Below are positions 14,601 through 26,100 of a stretch of 64,000 bases of DNA, piece by piece. Position 1 is the stretch's first letter; each line of letters starts with the position of its first letter. The notes beneath the pieces were generated by a model. The model was not told the DNA's origin. It was given only the letters and a program-made list of their open reading frames with translations, and ran no database searches. The translations under genes were made by a program, and so were the position numbers. The stretch comes from Paragordius varius (lineage: Eukaryota; Animalia; Nematomorpha), in the NCBI GenBank assembly GCA_964247055.1, contig OZ176054.1:9796001-9860000 (forward strand). Reading direction: 5' to 3'.

Positions 14601-17351
14601 GGTCTTCAATTATTGAATTGTTGCGGTGGGATAGAGTTCCCCAATGCGAATTTTTAATCCGCCAGATAAGGAGATTTCCGTGGATGCAAAAGAATATCCC
14701 ATCCAAGTCAAGGTGTGTTCTGATTTTGCTGTGGAGACGGAGCATTGTCATTTAGCAAATTTTTTTTTTGACTGACAATGTCCATAAAAAAAGAACCTGA
14801 TGAAATCTATTTTGATAGGAAATTATCTCATGTCATGCTTTTGTTTTTGGTTCTTAGGAGTGTTTAGGAAAGTTTTCTATACTGCTAAGTGCTCCACATC
14901 TGAAAATGGCAAAATTTGCGCACATTTTTAAAATAATTTTTTTGGAGGAAACAATATTTTCAAAAAAAAAATTTTTAGACGTAAGCTCCGAAAGTCCCAA
15001 ATTTTTTCGCTCATCTAAATGGGGCTAATTTTTTAAAAATACCACTAAATAATCATGAGATAATTATCAAATATATGCTAAATTTTGATATCAACTAAAA
15101 AAATTTTAAATTCATACGTTTTTCTAAACTTAATTTTTAACAAAATTACATTGAGGTGTGCTTACTATGGGACATCGGAAACGGTTTTAAAACGATATAA
15201 AAACACTTTTTCCATATAATTTTAGAATGCTGAATATATCACCTCAGAATTTTGATTAAAATATTCGTTCGTCTTCTAACTAATGTTTAATAAAAATTGT
15301 TAATTATTTACCTAAATTTGAAAGCAAATGAATAATTAAAATTTAGAAGCGATAGAGATGTTCAGAATCATCGCTAGAAAAAAACGTATTATAAAATCTA
15401 AAACATTTTATACCGTTTCGATCATGCCTCAAAATAGTATGAAATACGCTTTAACAAAATTCGCTAAAATTTAAATTCATATGTATAAAATTATTTTAGT
15501 TGATATCAAATAGCATTTATTTAATTTTATCGCGCAATCTTTTTGCGTTTCTTAGAGAACTAGCCCATTTTAGAAGTAAAAAAATTGGGACTTTCGGAGC
15601 CTACATCAAAAAATGAAATATTTTCGAAAATATTGTTCTTTATGTAGTTAATGATATATTGAAGGGATATTTTTTGGAATGAAGCTTCTAGCTTTCAACA
15701 AAAAAAATATTTAAAAAAATGTGCTCAATTGCCATTTTGTGATATGGAGCAGTCACTGCAAAAATAATAATTTCTTATATCACTCGTATTATTCAAAACC
15801 AAAAACGCCATGATATACCTATACATTTTCCCATCACAATATGCATTCAATAAGATATTTCATATATCCCCCGATTTTGGACGCATATGGCCGATTTCGG
15901 TTTTTTGAATGCATGGTTTATATTGATCATTTGTCGGCGATAGAGTTGCTTAACGGTTTCACTGGGTAAAAATTCAAAATACAACATATCGTTGTCCCAC
16001 AAATTCGTGCCAAATGATTTGGCAGTGATGTGATGAATCGGGTTGGTATGAAAGCCACATTTGCTTTGGATTTATAAAACAAAGACCATTAAAATAATTT
16101 TTCGAGGAAGAAGGATTTGACTAGTCACTTTACGATTTTCGATTTGACATTCTATTTGCGTGGATCCTATTAACCGAGTTTGGTCTTTCTCACCGCTCGT
16201 TTACATTGACTGTTATTTGTGATATACATATTCATCTTCTAATTATTGTTAAGTTTTTGGGTCATTATTACTCTTGCTCATTAGCGTCTTAGCAGGATAT
16301 GGTCTACCAGAGCGTCCACAGTTTTTCAAAACCTTACTTTTAACCATGTTTCGCATCTTTTAATTAACACGGCGTGTTTACCGTATCTGCCAGAAACTAA
16401 TAGCTTACAACCAATTTCTAATGGCATTGCGTGCCACAAACGTTCTTTTTCAGTCAAAAATTTGATAGAATTAATGTGTAAAATAACATGCTAGTTTTTT
16501 GCAAACTCAACTTATTTCTTTTGTCATTTAATGTCAGATATATAAAATGGGGTATGTTATAAATTAAGCGTCTGCGCACTTGATGCCGACGTCTTCTGTC
16601 AAACTTGTAACTTATTCTACAACTATGTATAGTAAAATTAAAATAATAAGTTAAAAATTAATTTTTACCCCATTCTACTGGTGGGTTTAAAAAAACATCA
16701 TTAAGGTTAGAATTGAGAGATCCAGGAGAATTCCAGCCTGGATGCATAGGCTCATCTAATTGACCTTCAACATTTTGAATAAATAACCCTAAATTTTGCT
16801 CATTATCGATATGGACATTTCCAATGTCTAAAAATAAATATTGTATAGGACTTTTGTTAAAGGTACTAAATCTTATTTTTTTGATTTAAAATTTAATAAA
16901 ATCTCATAGCAATTTACATAATAAGATTGAAATACCTGTTTTAATTATTTAATAGATTAATAAATGGCTCTTTATTGTTTTATTTTAGAGTGAGTATTAC
17001 CCTATTTTTTTTAGAGTGTTAAAATTATATGTTAGATAGATGACATATTAGGTAATATTAATATTTTCGGCCCAATACCACATAATTTTACAACACAACG
17101 GTCCAGAAATTTATATATTCTTAAAAATTATATGCTGTTACTGTTTTTATCAAATACTATTGTTGTCACTGTTTGTTTTTAAATATATCTTAGTTATTTT
17201 GATTTATTGTGAAGATATAATTTGTTATTAATTATATATTATATATTTTCATATATAAGTAATATGTGAACGCTGATTATTGGGAATAAATGTAAGGTTA
17301 TATTACCCAATTCATCAATAGCCTCCGGATCCGGGGGATGAAGAAAACTTT
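1..17351 (-). CDS. Multi-exon gene, copy A: acidic head + glycine zipper + FN3-like repeats; 3' part runs off the window; start codon uncertain (possibly ATG at 17421)
   Basis: GT-AG-bounded exons matching copy B: 17307-17351 (SFLHPPDPEAIDELG), 16669-16827 (IGNVHIDNEQNLGLFIQNVEGQLDEPMHPGWNSPG...NPPVEW), 12087-12113, 12031-12060, 11972-11998, 11371-11460, 11272-11340, 10835-10882, 10147-10179, 9873-9914, 7438-7500, 7359-7373, 7151-7159, 7089-7124, 7021-7065 (VGKGISGGILGSTIGGIIGSTVASRGYSFS), 6661-6693, 5836-5847, 5763-5810, 5713-5736, 5595-5687 (NVTSTIVNQTDDFITIKIDVP), 2820-3010, 2649-2763 (IVNNFEPGFYSIIIQT), 1682-1839 (LLDLNPANEYYIFLKT), 271-411. Exons 17351 to 5595 are all multiples of 3 and join in frame where adjacent. 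Linking exons at ~6780-6980, ~2450-2530 and ~1450-1600 are unresolved. FN3 call is by motif pattern, not a profile search. Confidence 0.75.
868..1058. repeat. ~190 bp hairpin (MITE-like) next to (TA)n
   Basis: agtaagtatatattgctagaaagttattaattattgccaaatagcatatgcagcaaa versus its reverse complement at ~995-1058. Confidence 0.75.
3232..4100. mobile_element. Degenerate member of the same foldback family at the equivalent intron position in copy A
   Basis: Follows the same flank (atatggccattttt) as the 42089 element and shares family motifs (caattcgatgcagaaaaa, gaaggcgatatattg). Right boundary approximate. Confidence 0.5.
4379..5572. mobile_element. ~1.2 kb almost fully palindromic foldback element, family 2
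   Basis: Left half (gatagcttatgaccag, aaatcgggcaaaaa, atggcgtttttctttt, gtagtggaatatcaacc) is the reverse complement of the right half; CAC...GTG ends. Confidence 0.75.
7741..8209. mobile_element. Same MITE family, more diverged
   Basis: aacatttgca at 7741 and gaagtgcaaacggt at 8209, with the same 21-bp internal repeats. Confidence 0.7.
8611..9165. mobile_element. Same MITE family
   Basis: accatttgcac at 8611 directly after (TA)n; ...gtgcaaatagt at 9165; several ggaccaacttgaaatgttcaa repeats at 9040-9150. Confidence 0.8.
14870..15760. mobile_element. Foldback element, family 3, inside an older relic shared with copy B (14420-16600 ~ 55100-56200)
   Basis: Inverted motifs gctccgaaagtcccaaattttt / aaaaattgggactttcggagc and tttgatatcaactaaaa / ttttagttgatatcaaa. 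The surrounding relic has decayed coding-like stretches of unknown identity. Confidence 0.6.
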
Positions 17352-17889
17352 CTAAAATATCACATAAATTTGGAGCGATATGCTCTAGAGTTAGTATTAA
17401 AATTTCTAAAAAGCAAAACATGGTAATTATTCAAATGATATAAATGTGCAAAAATAAACAATCCTTCTCTGAATTTCGCCAATATATTCTGGATTAAATT
17501 GCTTAAAATCTGGCATGAAAAATATAATATAACAATAGTTACTGTAGCTTATATTGTTTCATTTATTCGCTTCTAATTTAAGATTATTCAAGTTATTGCA
17601 ACAAAATAAAAATACATTGCTAGTTTTTCAGTAATTGCCAGTTAGTATAAACATTAACGGAAATATTGGTAAGTTGTATTTTTTGTTTTTTACTGTTATC
17701 AGCTGATAAAATGCTCTTTTCTCTATATATTATCTGGCAATATTTTATAACAAAAAGACTAATTATTCATAATGATATCTGATATTAATTATAGTTTGAA
17801 TAATTAAATGGTACAAAACACCAGAAAGAATATAATAATAAAAGTTTGTATGTGATAAAAATTAAATTAATATATAAAAATAACTTACC

Positions 17890-17975
17890 AATATCTAAAA
17901 TTAATACACAGTGTAAAAGGTATATTTAGATTAGGCGCATGTATGATACCAGCTATTTAGAGAATATTATCCACT
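17890..17975 (-). promoter_or_regulatory. Putative non-coding first exon / promoter-proximal block of copy A
   Basis: Homologous to 57430-57500; both have a minus-strand donor at the aligned position (gtaagt at ~17891, gtaatt at ~57436); no conserved ORF. Confidence 0.3.
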
Positions 17976-18115
17976 TTAATCATCCTAAATGAAACTAACA
18001 TACATTATAATGGTAATGAACGGATTGGTTATAATTTGTAATAACAGTTGTTAAAATCCGTAATGTAACGATAAAGGATAATTAAATAGAATTAAATGAA
18101 ATTATAAATAGAATG

Positions 18116-18156
18116 TCGTACTGATGAGTGCTAACAAGCACGAAACTAGTCTGCGA
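18116..18156 (+). ncRNA. Minimal type-I hammerhead ribozyme (Penelope-associated), intact core
   Basis: tcgta-CTGATGA-gtgct(aaca)agcac-GAAA-ctag-TC-tgcga. Helix I is tcgta/tgcga, helix II is gtgct/agcac, and helix III is the palindrome ACTAGT. Predicted cleavage is after C18151 (GUC). Confidence 0.85.
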
Positions 18157-18289
18157 TTACTATTGACGAAGAGTTTCACATATCGTTTATAATTTCTATT
18201 TATAATTTCATTTAATTCTATTTAATTATCCTTAATCGTTATATTACGGATTTCAACTGTTATAACATACATTATGTTGGATAAAAAAA

Positions 18290-19910
18290 TATGCCTTTCT
18301 TTATTGTTATATATATTTAATAAATATATATTTTAGGGCTTAAGAGCGAGATATAATAATATTTAATATATTTCGTTTATAGTGGTATTTACCTCAAGAT
18401 AAAAATAAATAGAAACTAAGAAATGAATGACAATATACAGGTTATATTTTATAATTGTTTTGATGGATGTTGATTTGTGGAGATGTATGTAATTCATATA
18501 AACCAATAGTAGTCTTTATAAATGTTGTGAGTGTAAAATGGGGTTCTATATTGACGTTATGACCAGGTCGTTTCACGATTAAGTCTAGGATTGGACTTCT
18601 TGATCTCGATAGACTCATGTATCACTCGCTTATTGTATTGAGTTATGTTAGTGATTACCTTACAAGCTGTGATGTCATTATTAATTATATTCTCTGCTAA
18701 TAAGAAGAGGGTTTGCGGGTACGAATATATTGGTTATGTTCATCCCATCGGGTTAAGATTGAGCTTCCAGGCTCTTTTACGCATGTATCATTACAGGAAA
18801 AGGTAATTTCATAAACTCCTGGGAGGCTTTTGGAATTTTGACTTTACAACTGATATGAGAGATTAATATTTTGTTATTGTTGAGTATGTGTCCGATTTTG
18901 ATTGTGACACCTTGATATATGGTAGAACGACAAAAGAGATTGATTTGTAGTTTCATATATTTGTGGTTATTTAATTTATTAAAAAGGCTAACTGAATAAC
19001 CGTTTTGTTGAAATGTCGTTTTAAGAGTTTTTATTTCGGATTTTAGATTATATTCATCACAAAGAGTATTGGTTCGGTGTATGAGAGTAAGCTAAGTGTT
19101 TATGGGCTGGATGATGATGGGAATTTTCATTTAAGTATAAGTTAGTGAGGGTTGGTTTTCTAAAGACATTATGTTGGATTATAGCATTCTTGATTTTTAG
19201 TTGCAAATCTAGGGAGTGTAATGGTGAAACGTATATTGGGATTTATATTAAAAATCAAGTAAGATAGACAGTGTTTCATCTCCGTGTTGCCATATCATGA
19301 ATATATCATCTACATATCGATACCAGCATCTAGGAGATAGTGTCGAGATTTAAGCAGAAGTTTTTCGAAAGATTCCATGTATATATCAGCTAGTATGGGG
19401 GGAGACTGGATTTCATGCGGGTACCAGTATTTTGTAAATGGTATTGCCTATTGTACAAAAAATAATTATTGGGCATTTTTACACTAACTTTGGAATGTCA
19501 GGATGTAGGCCATGAGTCACCAATTTGATGATAAATTTTATTTCATTTCTCGGGATGTTTGTGAAAAAAGATTTATGGCTAAGGTGACTAGTATATCAGA
19601 CTCATTCAGACGTAGTGTTTTAATATCACAAAATCTTTACTATTGTGTATGTGATGGGAATTATGTGCAAAGGGCTTTAGATGTTTTATGAATTATTTAA
19701 AAAGCATGTCTGTAGGTGTGAATATTAGCGACAATTGGTCGGAGAATTATTTCAGGTTTGTTATTTGTAGGGGCCCCATAAATACCAAGTAGAATGGTGA
19801 ATTTTGGTATGAATATTTTAAAATTATTGAATCTAGTGTTTTTACCGCTCTGTTTACCAAGTTTGTGATTCTTTGGGTGGCAGATTGTAATAGTCATTAT
19901 TATTATGTAT
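18290..19910 (-). mobile_element. Decayed Penelope-like retroelement (RT + GIY-YIG), minus-strand copy
   Basis: Reverse complement gives PPILADIYMESFE (~19370-19410) and CWYRYVDDIFMIW (~19290-19330), followed by a degenerate endonuclease region FSCNDTCVKEPGSSILTRWDEH (~18740-18805). Many stops and frameshifts. Confidence 0.85.
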
Positions 19911-19944
19911 TATATTTGGTATGCGTGCTGTTTTAAAATTATTG

Positions 19945-21075
19945 GGTAACCCAGATCCAGTCTCTCCCCAATACTAGCTTATATATACATGGAATCTTTC
20001 TAAAAACTTCTGTTCAAATCCTCGAGACTAGCCCCTAGATGTTGGTATCGATATGTAGAATATATATTTATGATATGGCAACACATAGATAAAACACTGT
20101 CTATCTTAGATTTTTTTAATATAAATCCCAATATACGTTTCACCATGGAACACAACTCCCACGAAATACACTCCCTAGATTTGCAACTAAAAGAGTATAC
20201 TCCATCATACTGTCTTTAGAAAAACAAACTCACACTAACTTATACTTAAATGCAAATTCCCATCATCATCCAACCCATAAACACACAGCATCAAATACTT
20301 TCATACATCGAAATACTCTTTGTGTTAATTATAATCTAAAATCCGAAATGAAAACTCTTAAAACGACATTTCAAAACGATTATTCAGGTAACCGTTTTAA
20401 CAAATTAAAGAACCCAAAGCAATTTAAACTACTAACTATTCAATTTCTCTTGTCGTCCTACCATACATCAAGGATGTCACATTATAAGACATAATCTCAA
20501 CAATAAAGTAAAAGCTATATATAAGTTTCAATAATTGATCTCTCATATCAGTTGTAAATACATATTCCAAAAACCATCCGTGAGTTTATGAAATTACCTT
20601 TTCCTGCAATGATCCATACATAGGAGAGTCTGAACGCTCAATCTTACCGATGAGATGGACATGACGAATATATTCGTACCCGCAAACCCTCTTGGGGATT
20701 ACCAGAGCATATAATCCACAATGAACATCACATTACAACCCGTAAAGTACAATGAGCGCCGGATACGTGAGTCTCTCGAGATCAAGTTAAATTCTAGACT
20801 TAATTGTAAGGACTGCATGGTTATATCGTCAATTTGGAACCCGCTTCTACTTCCACAACATTTATAAAGACTATTGCCATATATATAACAAATCAATTAC
20901 CATCAAAAAATTCAATATAACCTTTATATTGTCATTCATTTTATAAGTTTTTTATTTAGATTTTATTTTTTATTTAATTTTTATCTCATTTTTTATCCTA
21001 AGAAGTTTACCACTATAAACGAAATATAATAAATACCATTATTACATCAATCTCGCTCTTAGGCCCCAGAATTTA
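19945..21075 (+). mobile_element. Decayed Penelope-like retroelement, plus-strand 5'-truncated copy (inverted duplicate of 18290-19450)
   Basis: Collinear reverse complement of the minus copy. Reads FSCNDPYIGESERSI (20599-20643, YIG motif) and NERRIRESLEIK (20751-20786). Confidence 0.85.
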
Positions 21076-21112
21076 TTTTATAAAATTTAAAGATGCGAAT
21101 CGATTCTCTCAA

Positions 21113-21152
<40 letters not shown>

Positions 21153-21321
21153 CGTTTATTTAAAAAATAGAATATTTATATTAAATTTGAATCATTTTGT
21201 TGAGGCCTATGAAACTTAAACCAACAAAAATAGGTTATAATCAAAATTTAAATAGAAAATTAATTGAAAGATAATATATACAGAAATTATAAATGATATT
21301 GAAACCATTCGTCAATAGTAA

Positions 21322-21362
21322 TCGTAGACTAGTTTCGTGCTTGTTAGCACTCATTAGTACGA
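21322..21362 (-). ncRNA. Second hammerhead copy with G5A core substitution (probably inactive)
   Basis: Reverse complement is tcgta-CTAATGA-gtgctaacaagcac-GAAA-ctagtc-tacga. It matches the 18116 copy except CTAATGA for CTGATGA (T at + position 21355) and a perfect helix I. Confidence 0.75.
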
Positions 21363-22282
21363 CACAACTATATGACTTGGGGTTTTCATATATCGATTTC
21401 GTATATATATCCAACTTTTCAATTTTGGTATAAATGCAGTTGGTTTATACGAATTTAAATTAAATTTAATGGACATTTATGAAAATTAAACTGAAAAATT
21501 GAAATATATTATCTTTCAATTAATGTTCTATTTAAATTTCTATTATCATTATAATACGGATTTTACAACTGTTATTAAACATTATCAATCCGTCATTTAC
21601 CATTAAAAATAGGTTAGTTTTCTCAAAATAAGAGTAGAAGTGGGATTGTGTTCAATAAGTTTGTATTATAATGTGGTATCAATATATTAATTTAAAAAAT
21701 CCTAATAAAAACGTCTAATCAATTTAGTTTTATTTTATGGTATATTAAATCATTCAGGAAACGGTATAAAAAAACTTTAGGATATTCTAAAACAGATTCC
21801 TCATATGATGCTGCTGAAGCTCAGATTTTAAATTAAATGATTCGTTAATATGTTTAAACTAACAAAATGAAGTCTTGATAAAAATATATTAGTTAATAAC
21901 GTCTTTACTTTTACGAATAATAGATATGAAAATAACATAAGAGTCGTAAGTTTATTAAATGACTCGTCTGAAAAAACCAACGCACTCTAAGATTTTTATT
22001 TTATATAAAGGTATAATTTATAATGATTTTCAAGAGCAATCACTAATTACAGAGGTAAAACTGTTCATTTAATTTAAATAGCTATTTGATAAATTCACAC
22101 TGTATACGTTTAAAAAAAATTTGTTAGTTAAAACAGGCAGTAGCAAAAGAATAATTAAATTTTCTAAGTTACTTTCATACGGCGGGGTATTGAATAAGTC
22201 TATTCATAATAATAAAATATAATTTTGTTAACCAAAAAACATAGGGTGAATGACGTTTCGATAACATATATTAAACAAGTCA

Positions 22283-25200
22283 CTATAGGTCCAAAATATG
22301 TGTAAATCCTAAATGAAAATGGTCTCCTATGTTGCCTTAATATTTAAGTATGATTTATATATATTGATATACAATATAAAATACGGACAAAACTTAAAAA
22401 TTAAAACAATATTTATTTTCTAATTTAGCAACATTTCATCATTATGATATTTTCTTATGTTGTTTGCAACTTTGCAAATTTTAATCAAAATTAGAAAAAA
22501 ACTTTTAGGGTGGTAAAAATGTATTTTTTGCATTTATCGCATCAAATGGAACGTAAATTTTACGCCATTTTTGACTGTTAATTCTCCAAGACATTATTAT
22601 AAATAAGAAACTCAAGAAAAAATTAGTAATATCACAAACATGTACAAAAAATATGTCAAACACATAAGTCATTATAATTAAAACATTTTACCAGTTATAT
22701 CAGCTAGAGAGAATGCAAGATATATTTATCTTTCGATTAAAAATTAATATGACAAAAAATACTTACCTCGTTTACTGCGATGATTAATTTTGGCTTGCAT
22801 ATTAACCCGAAAAAATGTGTTTGATTCGTTTTTAGTTTTGGTTCCAACCAAATACATTGAGTTATTCGGATAAACCGATGTTATGATAAGCCCGGCATGT
22901 ATTTTATTGGTTTTGTGATACTCTAAAATTTGTTAAAAATGTAATGGTCCCTTAACACTTACCAATATTTCAAAGAAAAAGATTGAAATATATACTTGGA
23001 TCATATATTTTTACGATATAATTTTTCCGAATTTTCTGTTTCATCTGAAACGAAATCATAGGGGCTGTTATATTTTCTGGTAAATTTAAAACACGTATAA
23101 TGAATATATAATATAATTATTCAATAAAATCAAATGTCGCATTTATTGATGCTTTATCTGGCAAAATTTATAAAAAAAAATAGGTAAAACACGACTGTAA
23201 GGATATGAGTGGTTAAAGCCCTTAAGTACGCTAATATTCTAAATATTAATGTTATATATTCATTAACATTGGTGTTATAACCGGTTAATTGTTGCCGATG
23301 TGACCAGTTATTCATAAACTGTTTTACCAAAAAAATCACGGGCGTAACATAAGTAGATAGTTTAACAACTTATTTCAATTTTGGCTGTAATATGCTTGTA
23401 AATATAAAACACTATTAATTTTTGTATTAATTTAAAAAAAATAGTTATTATTTTGATAATTATTTAACCAAATTAAATTTTTATAAATTCTTTTATGTAT
23501 CTTCTTAACTAAACTTTCTCATTTTTATTTGTTAATATCACTGTGAACATAAGAACAAATAGTATAGCTAAAACATGTTAATTATAAAGAATGGTACCCA
23601 TTAATATATGAAAAAAAGCGGATCTTTTTACATATAATCGTAAACAATAATTCAATTTTTTATTAAATAATTTGTTGAGTATCATTAATCATATAATAAA
23701 AATATTTACAAGAATTTCAAATTGTTAAGCGCCCAGGTATAATTTGGTGCTGAATTTTGTCATTAAAGAGTGCAAAAACACAATTATTTTGAGATAAATA
23801 TTTGTTGAAACTTTTATATATGCCCGATTTTATAATTTTGTTCTATAACGGCTTTAAAGTTAAGACTTACTATTAATAATAATTTTGCATCATATTTAAA
23901 GAGATGATTTATTTTCGATTAAATATAAAAAATTGTTTTTTCTTCTAATGTTTTATTGATGCAATATGCTTTCACAGCTATCAATAAACATTCAATTTGG
24001 TATAGAACGATAAGGTTCTGTAGACGATAATAATATGTTATTGTGTCAGCAACTAAGGGTTCAATAATAATGGTCTCCCTCACCAAAATAAAGATTTGAA
24101 ATGTTCTTTACCCATTTGATAACTTTTAACCTAATCATCTGGAAAAAAATAATTATCGCGTTTTGTATCCAATTGTTTAGAAAAATGTAGAATTGTGGCC
24201 TAGAGACAATGCTGTAAACATCTAAACTAATCCAAAGGCAAATTTAAATCCTTTATGTGTGTAGTCGGGCCGCTTTTAAAATTAATCAATTTAAATTCCA
24301 CCCCGTATAAAATAGGTATTACAAATAAAAGTCCCAATTATCGCGCCTTTGAAACAAATTTCTGGAAAATTGTAAGCCCGTTTAAATTTAAACAGAAAAA
24401 TTATTCATTAACGTCCAGACTATAGTCTAGTCATTTTTTCCTAATTATCCATCTATTTACCCGCCTTACCGAGCGATATATCCCAAAAAGCTGCCCAAAT
24501 TATTGGATTGTATAAAATCAATTATTGTTTCATGTATTCCTGTGCGCTTTTTTATATCGGGCCGCTAGCCAGGGCCCTTCCCGCTTTAAAATGCGTCCCC
24601 ATATGATAATAACATGGTTTTGAAACCAGTTTTATAAAAAATCATGAAACCATATGGATTTAATAAGGGTTTGAGATATGTACCGGGTAATGGCAACATG
24701 CAAGAGCTTCTTTGAATTTGCCAGATAGGACTCCATGCGCTAAAAAAAGGCGCCACCATAGAAATACAATTTACCTTGAAGGAATTTTTGAATACAATGA
24801 GAGCATAAGGAATTTTTATTGGTTTTAGATATTTACTATGTAAGATATTTTATTAAGCGCTTCATAGCCGCTGACCACATTATATAAAATATAATTTGAG
24901 GCCCATTTTCGAAAAAGCGATAAAACCATAAGAAATTAATATTAATTTAGTTATTTCCTTCATAAAGCCAATTTTAGAACGTTTTTTATTAGGCGCTGGG
25001 TAGAGCCGCACTTTGAGTGCTTCACCATATCGAAATGATCTGATTTTGCACGTTATGGAAAAACCTATGAGGCCATACGGGTCCAATAAAGCTTATCCCC
25101 GATGATGTCAAAAACTTGTGTAGAGCGCTTTTTTAGCAGGTAGGTCGGGCTCCATTTATAAATATGCCACCATAGATTTATAATTTAGCTTTAACGTTTC

Positions 25201-26060
25201 CAAAAACAACGATTACATAGGTCAAAAAAAAGGCACAAAGTTTTTGTTAAAGGCTTTTTTCGAATTTAAAAGTAATTTATACCACCATATGAAGTGAGTC
25301 TTTGAAATATGGAAAAGACAAATATCTTATTTTTTATATTTTTGGGATAGGATGGATAATCATATATATTGTATATAACTTTAATGGTTTTTTTATTCTA
25401 AACTGACGATTTCTGTTTTAAACTTATCTTTGGAGGGGGATGTGGAAATATGTTTAGTATGATGGTATTGACCTTTTTAGCCAACTTTTTTAATTAGTAA
25501 TATAGGTGCTTTAGGAGGCACTAACCTAAAAATAAATTTTTAATGACTTATCTTTTGATTGTGTTTAAAATTTAAATCGAGTATAAAATCCATATTTATA
25601 CCTTTCATTAGAAATGCTTTGGTGATAGTTCGTATGTTCTTGACATTTTGAACAATATCTATTGTGACAAAGATAATATCAATTTACAATTATATGATTT
25701 TTTTAGTGTAATGATAGATCCTAATTAACTAAAAGATTGGATAATGTATTTCATATATTAAGACAAATGTCTATGTTTTACCTGACAGATTGGGATAGGA
25801 CTTTTTAATTGTGCATTTCAATCCTTTTTTCTGTTTGAATATCAAAGCGCTAATTTCATATTTGATGGCTATAATAAAATATACGGAGAACATTAAAGAA
25901 TTAGAAATATAATCATTTTGATATTCCTATTTGTTTCTTACAATGAATATTAAAAATGTATTATCTATATTTAAATTTAAAACTAAATAAATCATATATA
26001 GCACGAAATAAAATTATTAGATTTATAACTTCAGTAATTTTAACAAAGCATATGACCAAA

Positions 26061-26100
<40 letters not shown>

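Noticed and set aside
22120-22326. Alternative frame giving a hydrophobic, TM-like C-terminus (IYTYFGPIVTCLIYVIETSFTLCFLV)
   Set aside because: The same frame is closed by an early stop in copy C, whereas the HILDL/HILEL frame is conserved.
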